DNA from: Bradyrhizobium liaoningense
GTDB taxonomy: Bacteria; Pseudomonadota; Alphaproteobacteria; Rhizobiales; Xanthobacteraceae
DNA length: 32,000 nt
NCBI RefSeq assembly: GCF_018130785.1
Contig: NZ_JAFCJT010000023.1
Span: 8,147 to 40,146 of the forward strand
Reading direction: 5' to 3'
Shown: piece by piece, positions 7,993 to 17,176 of the stretch
How positions within the stretch are numbered: position 1 is the first letter of the stretch
How the letters are laid out: every line of letters starts with the position of its first letter
Notes under the pieces: model-generated
The model's input: only the letters and a program-made list of their open reading frames with translations
Told to the model about the DNA's origin: nothing
Database searches by the model: none
Made by a program: the position numbers and the translations under genes

Positions 7993-10356
7993 TCAGCCAG
8001 GATGAGACGTCACACAAGAGGTCGCATCGAACGCATTAGCGACAGGCAGGCCAAAAGTGAACCGGGCTCCGCCCAAACCGGAGCCGTTTTCCGCTCGAAT
8101 GCAGCCGCCATGTGCCTCTATAATGGACCGGGAGATCGACAAACCCAATCCCATGCCAGTGTCTTTGGTCGTGAAGAACGTATCAAAAAGACGGGGTATG
8201 CGAGTCGGGTCGATTCCTGGACCGCTGTCCTCGACAATGCAGCACACCGTTTCATGATCGAGCTGCATGGTTCGAATAAGAATGCAGCGGCGCTCTACCC
8301 CGGACTGCGCCATCGCCTGCACCGCGTTGATGGCCAGGTTCAAGACCACCTGCTGGAGCTGGGTACGGTCGCCCAATACGCGAGGAGGCACGAGTGCCAG
8401 ATCAAGAGAAACAGAGGTACTCTTGGCCTGTAACTCATGGCGGAGAAAAACCATAGAATCCTCGACAATATCGTTGAGCGACAGCAAGGCCTGCTTGGAT
8501 GCTTGCCGGGTTCCCATAGCTCGAATGCCGTCAACGATATCGACAGCCCGCCGCGCGTCGGCAACCATGCGCCTGGTAAGTTTCTCGGCCTTCTCGACTA
8601 CAGGTTCGGGTCGAGCCAACGACCGTAAGCCAGTCTCACCATTCGTAATGATGGCGGCAAGCGGCTGCTTTATTTCGTGCGCAATCGTAGCACTGATTTC
8701 TCCCAGAATAGCCACTCGGCTGGCATGAGCCAAAGCAGCCTGTGCGGAATCCAACGCCTCTTGCGATGTCCTGACCTCCGTTTTATCGATGAGTGCGCCA
8801 ACGATTTCATCGTTACCCGATTCAAATTTCACGCGATGCGCGATAATGCGCAAATATTTGGTTTTCCCGTCCGGCATCAGTAACTGGAGTTCAGAGTCGA
8901 GATTGTTCGCGCCTTGGGCGATGCTCTCGATTTGACGTCGCGCAAGTGCCCGATCATCAGGATGGACGCGAGCAATGAGTGCGTCGAACGAGGGCTTGGT
9001 CCCCCGGTCAAAGCCCAGAATTTTATAGGTCTCATCCGACCAGAAGGGACGGCCACCGACGACCTCCCAGGCAAAGCTGCCCGTCAAGCTAAGGCTCTGT
9101 GTCTCGGCCAAGTACGCGCTGCTACGTTGCAGGGCGCTTTCAGCCCGCTTCCGGGCCTGGACGTCGGTATTCGTTCCGTACCATGCAACGATGGCGCCGC
9201 TCTCATCCCGTAACGCTTCGGTGCGAAACAGGAACCAGCGATATGCTCCGTCGAAGCGCCTCATGCGGGCCTCAACCTCGGAGGGTGTCTCAGTCGCCAG
9301 CATTTTCAGCCAGGCATCACGCAGCGCCGGGCGATCAGAAGGGTGAATGGCGGCCTGCCAGTCCCAGCCCAGCGCCTGCTCCAGGGAAAAGCCTGTGTAG
9401 TCGAGCCAACGCTTGTTCAGATATTCCACAAAACCATCCGTTCGACTTCTCCAAGCCAGCGTCGGGATGGAGTCGAGAGTCAGCCGAAGTTCCCGCTCGG
9501 CCTTGGCGAGCTGCTCTCGCTTGGTATCCGCCAACTGCGCCTCACTCTTGCGCAACGCGGTCTCAGCGAGTTTCCTGTCATGGATGTCGTAACCTGCCCC
9601 GTACCACGCGACCACCACTCCGTTGTCATCACGCAGCGGCATTCGGCGGATGGAGTGCCACCGGTATTCTCCGTCAGCTCTTCGCAGGCGTTGCTCGGTC
9701 TCGAACGGATCGTTTTTATTCAGTGCCGCCAGCCATGCCTCTTCAACTCGCGAAAGATCATCTGGGTGAATGGCAATGTTGCCACGCCCATACCAACTCT
9801 CCAGCGACAGGCCGGTGTAACTGCGCCACGTCTCATTCACGAAATCAATCGTGCCATCGGCCCGATAGCGGACCGCCATCGCGGGGATCGTGTCAACGAT
9901 TGCCCGTAGTTCCTCCTCAGCCAGACGGGCTCGCTCTTCTGCACGCTTGCTTTCGCTTAGGTCGCGCAAGCAGGCGACGAGCAGAAGGTCATCGACATCT
10001 TGAACGGGGGTAATCGAAAGCTCGAGGGGAACTTCCTCACCATTACTTCTGAGGCCCGATAGCACGATCGATCTGCCCTGAGCCTCATTCTTGTCGCTTT
10101 CGAGATAGCGTTGAATTACGTTTATGTGTGCTTCGCGAAATCGCTCGGGGATGATGAAATCCACAACTCTCCGCCCGACCGCCTCCTCGCGGGACCACCC
10201 GAAGATCTCTGTGGCGCGATTGTTCCACTCCGCCACAACGCTGTTGAGCTTCATGACAATGACGGCGTCAAGAGAGGTTTCAAGAACCAAACGCAGCCCG
10301 TCTTCGCGAGGAGGCAGGCGACCCAGGGTGCATTCCGCTTTTGCAAAACCTGACAT
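7993..10356 (-). CDS. Cytoplasmic multi-PAS sensor histidine kinase (4 PAS/PAC + HisKA + HATPase_c)
   Basis: 787 aa with no TM segments and four PAS-like units. Units 2 and 3 are clear tandem paralogues (...RRADGEYRWHSIRRMPLRDDNGVVVAWYGAGYDIHDRK / ...RRFDGAYRWFLFRTEALRDESGAIVAWYGTNTDVQARK). H-box is ATIAHEIKQPLAAI; N, G1 and G2 boxes are NLAINAVQA, EDSGPGI and GMGLGLSISRSI. Confidence 0.9.
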   Translation of the reverse strand: MSGFAKAECTLGRLPPREDGLRLVLETSLDAVIVMKLNSVVAEWNNRATEIFGWSREEAVGRRVVDFIIPERFREAHINVIQRYLESDKNEAQGRSIVLSGLRSNGEEVPLELSITPVQDVDDLLLVACLRDLSESKRAEERARLAEEELRAIVDTIPAMAVRYRADGTIDFVNETWRSYTGLSLESWYGRGNIAIHPDDLSRVEEAWLAALNKNDPFETEQRLRRADGEYRWHSIRRMPLRDDNGVVVAWYGAGYDIHDRKLAETALRKSEAQLADTKREQLAKAERELRLTLDSIPTLAWRSRTDGFVEYLNKRWLDYTGFSLEQALGWDWQAAIHPSDRPALRDAWLKMLATETPSEVEARMRRFDGAYRWFLFRTEALRDESGAIVAWYGTNTDVQARKRAESALQRSSAYLAETQSLSLTGSFAWEVVGGRPFWSDETYKILGFDRGTKPSFDALIARVHPDDRALARRQIESIAQGANNLDSELQLLMPDGKTKYLRIIAHRVKFESGNDEIVGALIDKTEVRTSQEALDSAQAALAHASRVAILGEISATIAHEIKQPLAAIITNGETGLRSLARPEPVVEKAEKLTRRMVADARRAVDIVDGIRAMGTRQASKQALLSLNDIVEDSMVFLRHELQAKSTSVSLDLALVPPRVLGDRTQLQQVVLNLAINAVQAMAQSGVERRCILIRTMQLDHETVCCIVEDSGPGIDPTRIPRLFDTFFTTKDTGMGLGLSISRSIIEAHGGCIRAENGSGLGGARFTFGLPVANAFDATSCVTSHPG

Positions 10357-10439
10357 AATCGGACCTGTTTAAGCTCCGGCTTCTTCCCGCACAACGCGCG
10401 CCATTCGATTCGCGTCCATCATGCTTTTTCGCGCTGTCG

Positions 10440-11606
10440 CTACAGCACCTGCGCCGCGTCAAAGGCGTAGAGCCAGCCTATGTTGGCGATCGAGCGATCG
10501 CCGGACCTGGCTAACGCCTCATCGCGGACGCGCTGCGCCGGGCCGTCGGGCAGATGAAATCTTACGCGGTTGGTCGCACTCGCCTGCTGCAATTTCGTGG
10601 CGCGCGGCTTGCGCAACACTTCGTATCGCGCCAGCGCACACTTGACGTCGGTCATTGCTTTGAGAAGCGCGGCGAGAGTAGCACCGTCCTCGATCGACTG
10701 CGCGGCGCCCTGCGCCATCATGGGCAACATGGGATGACATGCATCGCCGATCAGCGCGACGCGACCGTCGCTCCAGCAGGGCAGCTCGGCGCGGTCGTGC
10801 AGAGCCCAGATGAAGGTTTCGGGAAAGGCGCCGATGAGGCTGCGTACCGTGGGATGCCAGCCCTCGTAGCGAGCGAGCACATCGGCCACGTCACCTCTGT
10901 CGGTCCAGGACTCCTGCTTCCAGTCGCCGTGCTCGGTGATGCAGACGACGTTCATCATTCGCCCACTCGAAACCCAATAGTGCACGACATGTCCGTTCGG
11001 CCCCATCCAGTTGTTCGAGGCGACCTCGATATTGAGATGCCTGATGCGCTCAGCTGGCACCAACCCACGCCAGGCGACACAGCCCGTGAAACGTGGCTTC
11101 TTGGGACCGAAGACGAGCTCACGTACGCGTGAATGTATGCCATCGGCGCCGAGCAGGAGATCTGCTTCCGCTGTCGGGCCGTCCTCGAAATGAGCGACCA
11201 CGCGTTCGCCTCTGTGCGTCAATCCCACGAGCTTGCGGCCGACATGCAAACGCTCCTGCGGAAGCGCGCCGGCCAGAAGATTTACAAGATCCGCACGGTG
11301 GAAGTGGTAATACGGCGCGCCGAAGGTCGCCTCGACTTCGGGGGCGAGCGGAGCGCGCTGCAAGGTGCGTCCGTCGTCCCAGCGCCGCTCGTACATTGCG
11401 CGCGGCCGCACGCCGACGGCGTCCATCGCCGCCTTGAGGCCCAGCCGCAGCAGGAGCCGCGAGGCGTTCGGGCTGATCTGAATGCCTGCGCCGATTTCGG
11501 CAATCTGCGGCGCTTGCTCGTAGACATGGACGTCCAGTCCAGCTTTCCGGAGCTGCAGCGCCGCCGAAAACCCGCCGATCCCACCGCCGATCACGACGAC
11601 TTTCAT
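10440..11606 (-). CDS. FAD-dependent monooxygenase (salicylate/3-hydroxybenzoate hydroxylase-like)
   Basis: 388 aa. Contains MKVVVIGGGIGGFSAALQLRKAGLDVHVYEQ (GxGxxG), ADLLLGADGIHSRVR (DG motif) and VALIGDACHPMLPMMAQGAAQSIEDG (GD motif). A GGAG SD lies 8 nt upstream of the ATG. Confidence 0.9.
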   Translation of the reverse strand: MKVVVIGGGIGGFSAALQLRKAGLDVHVYEQAPQIAEIGAGIQISPNASRLLLRLGLKAAMDAVGVRPRAMYERRWDDGRTLQRAPLAPEVEATFGAPYYHFHRADLVNLLAGALPQERLHVGRKLVGLTHRGERVVAHFEDGPTAEADLLLGADGIHSRVRELVFGPKKPRFTGCVAWRGLVPAERIRHLNIEVASNNWMGPNGHVVHYWVSSGRMMNVVCITEHGDWKQESWTDRGDVADVLARYEGWHPTVRSLIGAFPETFIWALHDRAELPCWSDGRVALIGDACHPMLPMMAQGAAQSIEDGATLAALLKAMTDVKCALARYEVLRKPRATKLQQASATNRVRFHLPDGPAQRVRDEALARSGDRSIANIGWLYAFDAAQVL

Positions 11607-11681
11607 GTGAACTCCGTTGAGTGGCGAGCCTTCAGCTCGTTCATAGCCGCGCCTAATGCGCCTGGTCCGGAACCATGATTT

Positions 11682-11693
11682 GCAATCGATTGC
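11682..11693. promoter_or_regulatory. Perfect 12-bp palindrome GCAATCGATTGC upstream of the FAD monooxygenase
   Basis: Read directly. Lies in the 104-bp gap between the qNOR stop and the monooxygenase start, about 75 nt upstream of the latter. Operator function is speculative. Confidence 0.3.
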
Positions 11694-11710
11694 TTGATGA
11701 GCGCACTCAA

Positions 11711-14116
11711 CTATGGCGCTTCGGCTGACGCGACTTTGTCGGTCTTTTGAGGCCGGTCGCCGATGTTAGGAAGCAAGCTGCGGATGCGGTTGGGCAACAC
11801 GGGTTCCAGCTTTATCAAGAAGTCGTACGCCATCAGCAATGCGCCGACTGCAAAGACCACATCGCCGACGATCCGCATCCACTGCCAGAGCAGGGTGGTG
11901 TCGTAAAATGCCAAGCTCCGCGCGTAGGCCAAGCCATGCTCATAGACTGCGAGCAGTTGCCGCCAACCAATGGGGAAGAAGTTGAGCAAGATCCATAGGA
12001 TGAGGCCTGCGTTGTAAAGCCAGAAGGCGACAACACCCATCCTCTCATTGAACTCGCGCGTCTCGCCCGCGATGTAACGCAGGCAGAAATAGATCAGACC
12101 AATGCCAAGCAGGCCAAATCCGCCAAACAGCGCCGTATGGGCGTGGTTGAGCGTGAGGAAGGTCGCATGCTCATAGTAGTTGACGAGCGGCGCGTTCAAC
12201 GTGCCGCCACCGAAGACGCCAGCCCCTACGAAGTTCCAGAATGCTGCGCCGACGACATACAGATACGCTAGCTTGTAATGAAACTCCTCGTGCCGCTGAA
12301 TCGATCGCCAATTCTCGATCGATTCCAGAATGAGAAGGATCAATGGCAGCACCTCGATGAACGAGAACATCGTGCCGAATGGTACCCACAGGCCAGGCGC
12401 GCCGTTCCAGTACAGGTGATGGCCCGTGCCGAGAACCCCGCCGAGGAAAATCAGGATGAGTTGGAACAGCACGCCGCGTTCGGCCAAATGGCGCGATACC
12501 AGACCCAATCCCATCAACAGATAGATGCTCATTGAGGCGGCGTAGAATTCGAACGACTGTTCGACCCAAAGATGCACGACCCACCACCGCCAGTAATCGG
12601 TGATGGTGAAGGATTTCTCGAGCCCCGTCAGTGGAATCATGCCGCAGACGTACAGGACGGCGATGTTAACAGTCGCTGCCCAGATGAGATGTTCGAGCCG
12701 GATGCGTCCGGTCCAGAAGTGCCACGCCGCGTCGTTCCACAGCGCACGGCTGGGCCAGAGCGCGCGAGCAATCAGCCAGCTCCACATGATGAGAGCGGCG
12801 AAAAACGCGATCTGCCAGAACCGGCCAAGCTGGAGATACGAAAGGCCCCGATTGCCGAACCAGAACCAGCCGCGATCAATCAGACCCATGATGCCCAGAT
12901 AGTTGCCGGTCAGCGCGCCGACCACGACGATGACCGAAGTCCAGAATAAGATGTCGACAAAAAGAGCTTGGTTCCTGGCTTCCCGTCCGCTGATCATCGG
13001 CGCAAGAAACAGGCCGGAGCCAATCCAGGAGAAGGCAATCCAGACGAGCGGAGCCTGTAGATGAACGCTACGGAGGAAGTTGAATGGGAGAAAACTGCCG
13101 ACCGGAATGCCATAGAAGCTCGCGCGGTCGGAGTAGTAGTGGGCCATGACCGACCCGGCACCGATCTGCAACAGTAGCACCAGCGCCACGAAGAGGAAGT
13201 ACTTACCCGTCCGGCGTTGGCTAGGCGTTAGACGAGCGAACCCGGTCAGAACCGGATCCATCGGCGATGTGTCGGGATCGGACAGGTAAACCTTGTAGAT
13301 TGCGAGCACGGCCCCGAAACCGAGGAAGACAAAGCAGAAACTTGCCCATGTCCAAATGAAGGTAGCGCCCGTCGGAACGTTGCCTACACTCGGCTCATAG
13401 GGCCAGTTCTGCGTCCATGAGACCGTTGTACCAGGACGTTGGGCAACAGTTGTCAACGAGGCATAGACTAGGAAGTCCGCCGTCTGGCGGGCAGTCTGCG
13501 GATCGAGACTACGTGCCTTGCTGTAGCCCGAAGCCAAATCATCTTGAAGCAGGCTCACAGCGATCTGGTCGCGGACAGAGGTGATGGCTTGCGCTAGGGC
13601 GGGCGCGACGGTGACGGTGCGTTGCGTCAGATCTACGCCACGTAGCATCGTCTGCCCACGAACCCGGACCGCGGCTTGCTCCTCCGCCGACAGGGCTCCA
13701 AAGGCGCTGTTGTGAAGAAGCTCGGCAAGATTCTGCTCGGTGGCAGCTTCAAGATCGACAAGATTGCGAGCGGTGTAGTCCGGCCCGAAATAGGATCCCA
13801 TGCCGTAGAGGCTGCCGTAGTCCATCAGGTCGGCCTTCTGAAAGCCGCCCTTTCCAGCGACCACGTCGGTGCCCGACATCAGCATCGCTCCATTCTGCGC
13901 GACAATGCGGTCGGGCACCGGAGGTGCGTCCTGATAGGTTCGCCCCGTCGTCCAGGCCATGAGGCCGAAGCAGGCCGCCGCGGTCGCCAGCAGCAGCCAC
14001 TTCAATATCCGCGTTACCGGATCCTCATGGATCAGCTCTCTTGTTTCGGGTGATAGCGTGCTCCGGATTCCTCCGTCCGCGCGGGTCGATGGAAGTCCCT
14101 TATCGATTGTCGTCAT
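11711..14116 (-). CDS. norB: Quinol-type nitric-oxide reductase large subunit (qNOR, heme-copper oxidase superfamily)
   Basis: Heme-copper signatures HLWVEQSFEFYA, GTGHHLYWNG and NHAHTALFGGFG. A ~250-aa N-terminal extension has one TM helix and no CXXCH, as in qNOR. The longest ORF reaches 14383 but that extension is Arg/Pro-rich junk overlapping the upstream CMD gene. I prefer ATG 14116 (MTTIDKGL, GGAAG 9 nt upstream); ATG 14131 is an alternative. Confidence 0.85.
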   Translation of the reverse strand: MTTIDKGLPSTRADGGIRSTLSPETRELIHEDPVTRILKWLLLATAAACFGLMAWTTGRTYQDAPPVPDRIVAQNGAMLMSGTDVVAGKGGFQKADLMDYGSLYGMGSYFGPDYTARNLVDLEAATEQNLAELLHNSAFGALSAEEQAAVRVRGQTMLRGVDLTQRTVTVAPALAQAITSVRDQIAVSLLQDDLASGYSKARSLDPQTARQTADFLVYASLTTVAQRPGTTVSWTQNWPYEPSVGNVPTGATFIWTWASFCFVFLGFGAVLAIYKVYLSDPDTSPMDPVLTGFARLTPSQRRTGKYFLFVALVLLLQIGAGSVMAHYYSDRASFYGIPVGSFLPFNFLRSVHLQAPLVWIAFSWIGSGLFLAPMISGREARNQALFVDILFWTSVIVVVGALTGNYLGIMGLIDRGWFWFGNRGLSYLQLGRFWQIAFFAALIMWSWLIARALWPSRALWNDAAWHFWTGRIRLEHLIWAATVNIAVLYVCGMIPLTGLEKSFTITDYWRWWVVHLWVEQSFEFYAASMSIYLLMGLGLVSRHLAERGVLFQLILIFLGGVLGTGHHLYWNGAPGLWVPFGTMFSFIEVLPLILLILESIENWRSIQRHEEFHYKLAYLYVVGAAFWNFVGAGVFGGGTLNAPLVNYYEHATFLTLNHAHTALFGGFGLLGIGLIYFCLRYIAGETREFNERMGVVAFWLYNAGLILWILLNFFPIGWRQLLAVYEHGLAYARSLAFYDTTLLWQWMRIVGDVVFAVGALLMAYDFLIKLEPVLPNRIRSLLPNIGDRPQKTDKVASAEAP

Positions 14117-14318
14117 CGCTTGTGCTTCCATAGAGCAGCCTGATTGTATGAACGCTTCCGCCATCTCTGCGTTGAACCTGCGGCGAACTTTCCTCCGCGC
14201 TATCGGGGCGAGCCCTCGTTCATAGTGGTGCAACATGACCGCAGTTGCGCCGCCGCCTGGGACGGACACTGCTGCGATGGCGGAGCTTGGAGCCGAACTG
14301 TGAGTTAACGGCTTCCGC

Positions 14319-14777
14319 CTAGTTGTTTTCGATTGCCGCCTGGGGCGTGTTGCGGAAGCTGATTGCCATGCGGTTGGAGGCATTCATCAGGCTGATCGCG
14401 ATCGTGAGGTCGACCAACTCCTTCTCGTTGAAGACCGCGCGAGCCGCCTGGTATGCGTCGTCCGGCACACCGGTATCGGCCACACGCGTCACCGTCTCGG
14501 CCCAGACCAAGGCGGTGCGCTCGGTCTCGCTGAAGAGGTTGCCGCCTTCCTCCCAGGCCTGAACCAGGGCGAGCTTCTCGATCGGCACGCCCTTCTTGAC
14601 GAGATCGCGAGTGTGCACGTCGAGGCAATAGGCGCAGTTGTTGATCTGCGATACACGCAGATAGACAAGCTCCACTAATTCGGCCGGCAGTCCACTCTGC
14701 ATGACATAGCCACGCACACCACCGAGAGCCTTGGCGCCGTTCGGCGCGATCTGATTATAGTCCAGACGTCTAGTCAT
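14319..14777 (-). CDS. Carboxymuconolactone decarboxylase family protein (AhpD-like alkylhydroperoxidase core)
   Basis: 152 aa. LVYLRVSQINNCAYCLDVHT contains the CxxC of the AhpD/CMD fold. Its ATG overlaps the cupin stop by 8 nt (ATGACTAG). Confidence 0.9.
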   Translation of the reverse strand: MTRRLDYNQIAPNGAKALGGVRGYVMQSGLPAELVELVYLRVSQINNCAYCLDVHTRDLVKKGVPIEKLALVQAWEEGGNLFSETERTALVWAETVTRVADTGVPDDAYQAARAVFNEKELVDLTIAISLMNASNRMAISFRNTPQAAIENN

Positions 14778-15216
14778 GCTGCTCTTCTCTTGTGGGGTAT
14801 TTGATGGGCGTGGTCAGCGCTTCGTGGTTGGTGTCGAGGACGGAGACAGCGAGCAGCTTCGCTGGTTCGGTCTTGCTCGCATTGCGGCTGATCGAATGGA
14901 TCGCGTTCGGTGGTTCGGACCAGCTCTCGCCAGCCCGATAGATGCGTGCCTCGCCGTCATTCACCTTCGACTCGATCGCGCCCGAAATCACATAGGCGTA
15001 GATGAACGCCGACTTCGCGTGTGTGTGGGGCGGGGACGCCGCGCCGGGCGGGTAATCGACTTCCACGGCGATGATCGATTTGCCGGGAATATTGGGAACG
15101 GCCGCCTCGAACTTCTTCGTGACGGTTTCCGCTTCGCCATCATGGGCGGAGACGCGGCCGGCCATCGAGAAGGCGACTGCGGCGCAGGTAGCGGCGATAA
15201 TGGCTCTGATTTTCAT
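14770..15216 (-). CDS. Secreted cupin domain protein
   Basis: The longest ORF (to 15453) has an implausible N-terminus. The internal ATG at 15216 is preceded by GGAGAAGG and gives MKIRAIIAATCAAVAFSMAGRVSA|HDGE, a signal peptide. The cupin motif PPGAASPPHTHAKSAFIYAYVISG...WSEPPNAIH follows. Confidence 0.85.
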   Translation of the reverse strand: MKIRAIIAATCAAVAFSMAGRVSAHDGEAETVTKKFEAAVPNIPGKSIIAVEVDYPPGAASPPHTHAKSAFIYAYVISGAIESKVNDGEARIYRAGESWSEPPNAIHSISRNASKTEPAKLLAVSVLDTNHEALTTPIKYPTREEQHD

Positions 15217-15306
15217 CCGCCTTCTCCTTCTTCCGCAGGGAAGATGCCCTCGTGCTGGGCTAGAAAAAAGCACCAAGAACGCGAAAGAAAAGTATACTAC
15301 GGCCCC

Positions 15307-16722
15307 GTGACGAAGCCCCTGAACCTGAAGATCGACCGCTCCGCCAAGACGACGCTCGCCGAGCAGATCCGACACGGAATTGTGACCGCGATCGAAAGTG
15401 GCGTGCTCGAACCTGGAGCCCGCTTGCCCTCTTGGCAGGACCTGGCCGCCCAACTCGGTGTCGCTCGCGGCACCGTGCAGACGGCCTACGAGAAGCTCAA
15501 CGCAGCCCGGCTGATCGTCGCGTCCCGTGCGAGCGGAACCCGTGTCGCCCCGCGTCCACGCGCGGTGCTGAAGAGCGAGCAGCAGCGACCGGATCCCGGG
15601 TCGCTCCTGGACATCTTTCAGGAGATGGTCCAGGGGCCCGGCTTCTTCCAGATGGGAGTCCCTGCGACGGAGACCTTTCCGGCAAAGCTCATCGCGCGCA
15701 TCCGCGCAAATGCCGTCCGTGTAGAAGCGAGTGCGGCCCCCATCTATCCGGATCGGCGTGGCGAGCTCGAGTTCAGGCGAGAGATCGCTGGCTACCTCGC
15801 CGTTGCCCGCGGCATCGACTGCTCACCGGCGCAGATCATCGTCACGGGCGGATATTGCGCTGGGCTGGGGCTGGCGCTCCGAGTGCTGGGTCTCGAAGGG
15901 GAAAAAGCCTGGATCGAAGATCCGGGCTTTCCGTTCACCCGGAAGGGCCTTGAATTCGCGCGATTGTTTCTCTCGCCAATCCCCGTCGATGCAGACGGGA
16001 TGGACATTGACCATGGTCTGCATCACGCGCCCGACGCAAAATTGGTAGTCGTGACGCCCGGGCAGCAGGCACCGCTCGGACCGACACTATCGCTTGAACG
16101 GCGCCTCCAATTGCTAGAGTGGGCGGCCGCAAGAGCGGCCTGGGTCATAGAGGACGATTATCTGAGCGAACTGCAGTTGATGGGCCGGGCAGCGCCGGCT
16201 CTGGCATCGCTCGATCGCGCCGGGCGGGTCATCCACATCGGCTCCTTCAGCAAGACGATCAGTCCCAAGCTCCGCCTCGGATTTGTCGTTGCCCCGATCG
16301 GTCTCATGGCTCGCTTTGCCGAGGTTGCAGCGTGTCTCGCCCCCCCGCCGGGGCCTTCGGTGCAGCTCGCGACTGCGGAATTCATGCGCGAAGGGCATTA
16401 TTTGCGCCACCTCCGCCATGCGAAGCGCGCCTATGCGGCCAAGCGGAAAGACTTGCTGGCGCAGCTTCGGCCCCATTTCGATGCCGACAACGTCGTCGCG
16501 ACGGGCTTGGCCGTCCTGCTGCGGTTGCCCGATGGCACGTCGGATCTCGCCATTGCACGCGAGGTACTGGCTTTCGGCATGTTTCCGGCTCCGCTCTCGG
16601 CCTGGTATGCGTCTGCGGAGACCAACCGGTCTGGACTCCTGTTGGGCGTTGCGACATCGCCGACAAAGGATCTCGCGAGATCCTGCGACCGCCTGGTCGA
16701 TATCATCCGGCGTTTCAGCTGA
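15307..16722 (+). CDS. MocR-family regulator (GntR wHTH fused to PLP-dependent aminotransferase-like domain)
   Basis: The ORF track gives 14776..16722, but its first 177 codons are antisense to the cupin gene. Homology-like sequence begins at GTG 15307 (VTKPLNLKIDRSAKTTLAEQIRHGIVTAIESGVLEPGARLPSWQDLAAQLGVARGTVQTAYEKL). A fold-type I aminotransferase region with SFSKTISPKLRLGF (PLP lysine) follows. Confidence 0.85.
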   Translation: MTKPLNLKIDRSAKTTLAEQIRHGIVTAIESGVLEPGARLPSWQDLAAQLGVARGTVQTAYEKLNAARLIVASRASGTRVAPRPRAVLKSEQQRPDPGSLLDIFQEMVQGPGFFQMGVPATETFPAKLIARIRANAVRVEASAAPIYPDRRGELEFRREIAGYLAVARGIDCSPAQIIVTGGYCAGLGLALRVLGLEGEKAWIEDPGFPFTRKGLEFARLFLSPIPVDADGMDIDHGLHHAPDAKLVVVTPGQQAPLGPTLSLERRLQLLEWAAARAAWVIEDDYLSELQLMGRAAPALASLDRAGRVIHIGSFSKTISPKLRLGFVVAPIGLMARFAEVAACLAPPPGPSVQLATAEFMREGHYLRHLRHAKRAYAAKRKDLLAQLRPHFDADNVVATGLAVLLRLPDGTSDLAIAREVLAFGMFPAPLSAWYASAETNRSGLLLGVATSPTKDLARSCDRLVDIIRRFS

Positions 16723-17176
16723 ATCCCTGATGCGCGGATGGGACGAGATTTCGCCGTGAGGCTTTCGCCAACGTCGAGATTCGATCGGCTGCCCAGCTGG
16801 GGCAACCAAGACTGAAAGCACTGTCCGATACATCGGGCTCCCGTTTAGAAGCGCGCACCGGAGCTTCACTCCTAGTTGGTCCGTTCACGAGCTGTCGTCT
16901 CGCGTGTTACCTCGGGCGTCTCGATCATTCGAAAAAGCACGACGCCGTTTCACATTCGCACGTTGGGGTGCACGCTCACTTCCAGAATTCGGACGCTGAT
17001 CGCGCCAATTTGACCAGCGGCGAGGCTGCTGCAGCTTGGGGCCACGATCGTCTGAACACATGTGACCGACAGCGGGCAGATTCATTCCTGCCCCAGCCAC
17101 GCACAGAGACGGTCTCAGCTCGCCCCACCCGCGACGCTGGCACCGTTTTCCCTTCGATTATGGTGTAGGGACAAAT

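Noticed and set aside
14117-14318. Possible FNR/FixK/NnrR box upstream of the qNOR gene (TTGCGCCGCCGCC; GCAAC-N9-GTTGC)
   Set aside because: Only a half-site is present. There is no TTG-N8-CAA dyad with correct spacing that I could find by eye, and a PWM scan would be needed.
14117-14383. Upstream extension of the qNOR ORF to 890 aa
   Set aside because: The extension is low-complexity (RPRRQSKTTRRKP...) and overlaps the CMD gene end. qNOR-like sequence starts near MTTIDKGL.
14776-15306. N-terminal 177 codons of the tracked 648-aa ORF (MocR)
   Set aside because: This part is antisense to the cupin gene and has no GntR-like sequence. The wHTH begins right after GTG 15307.
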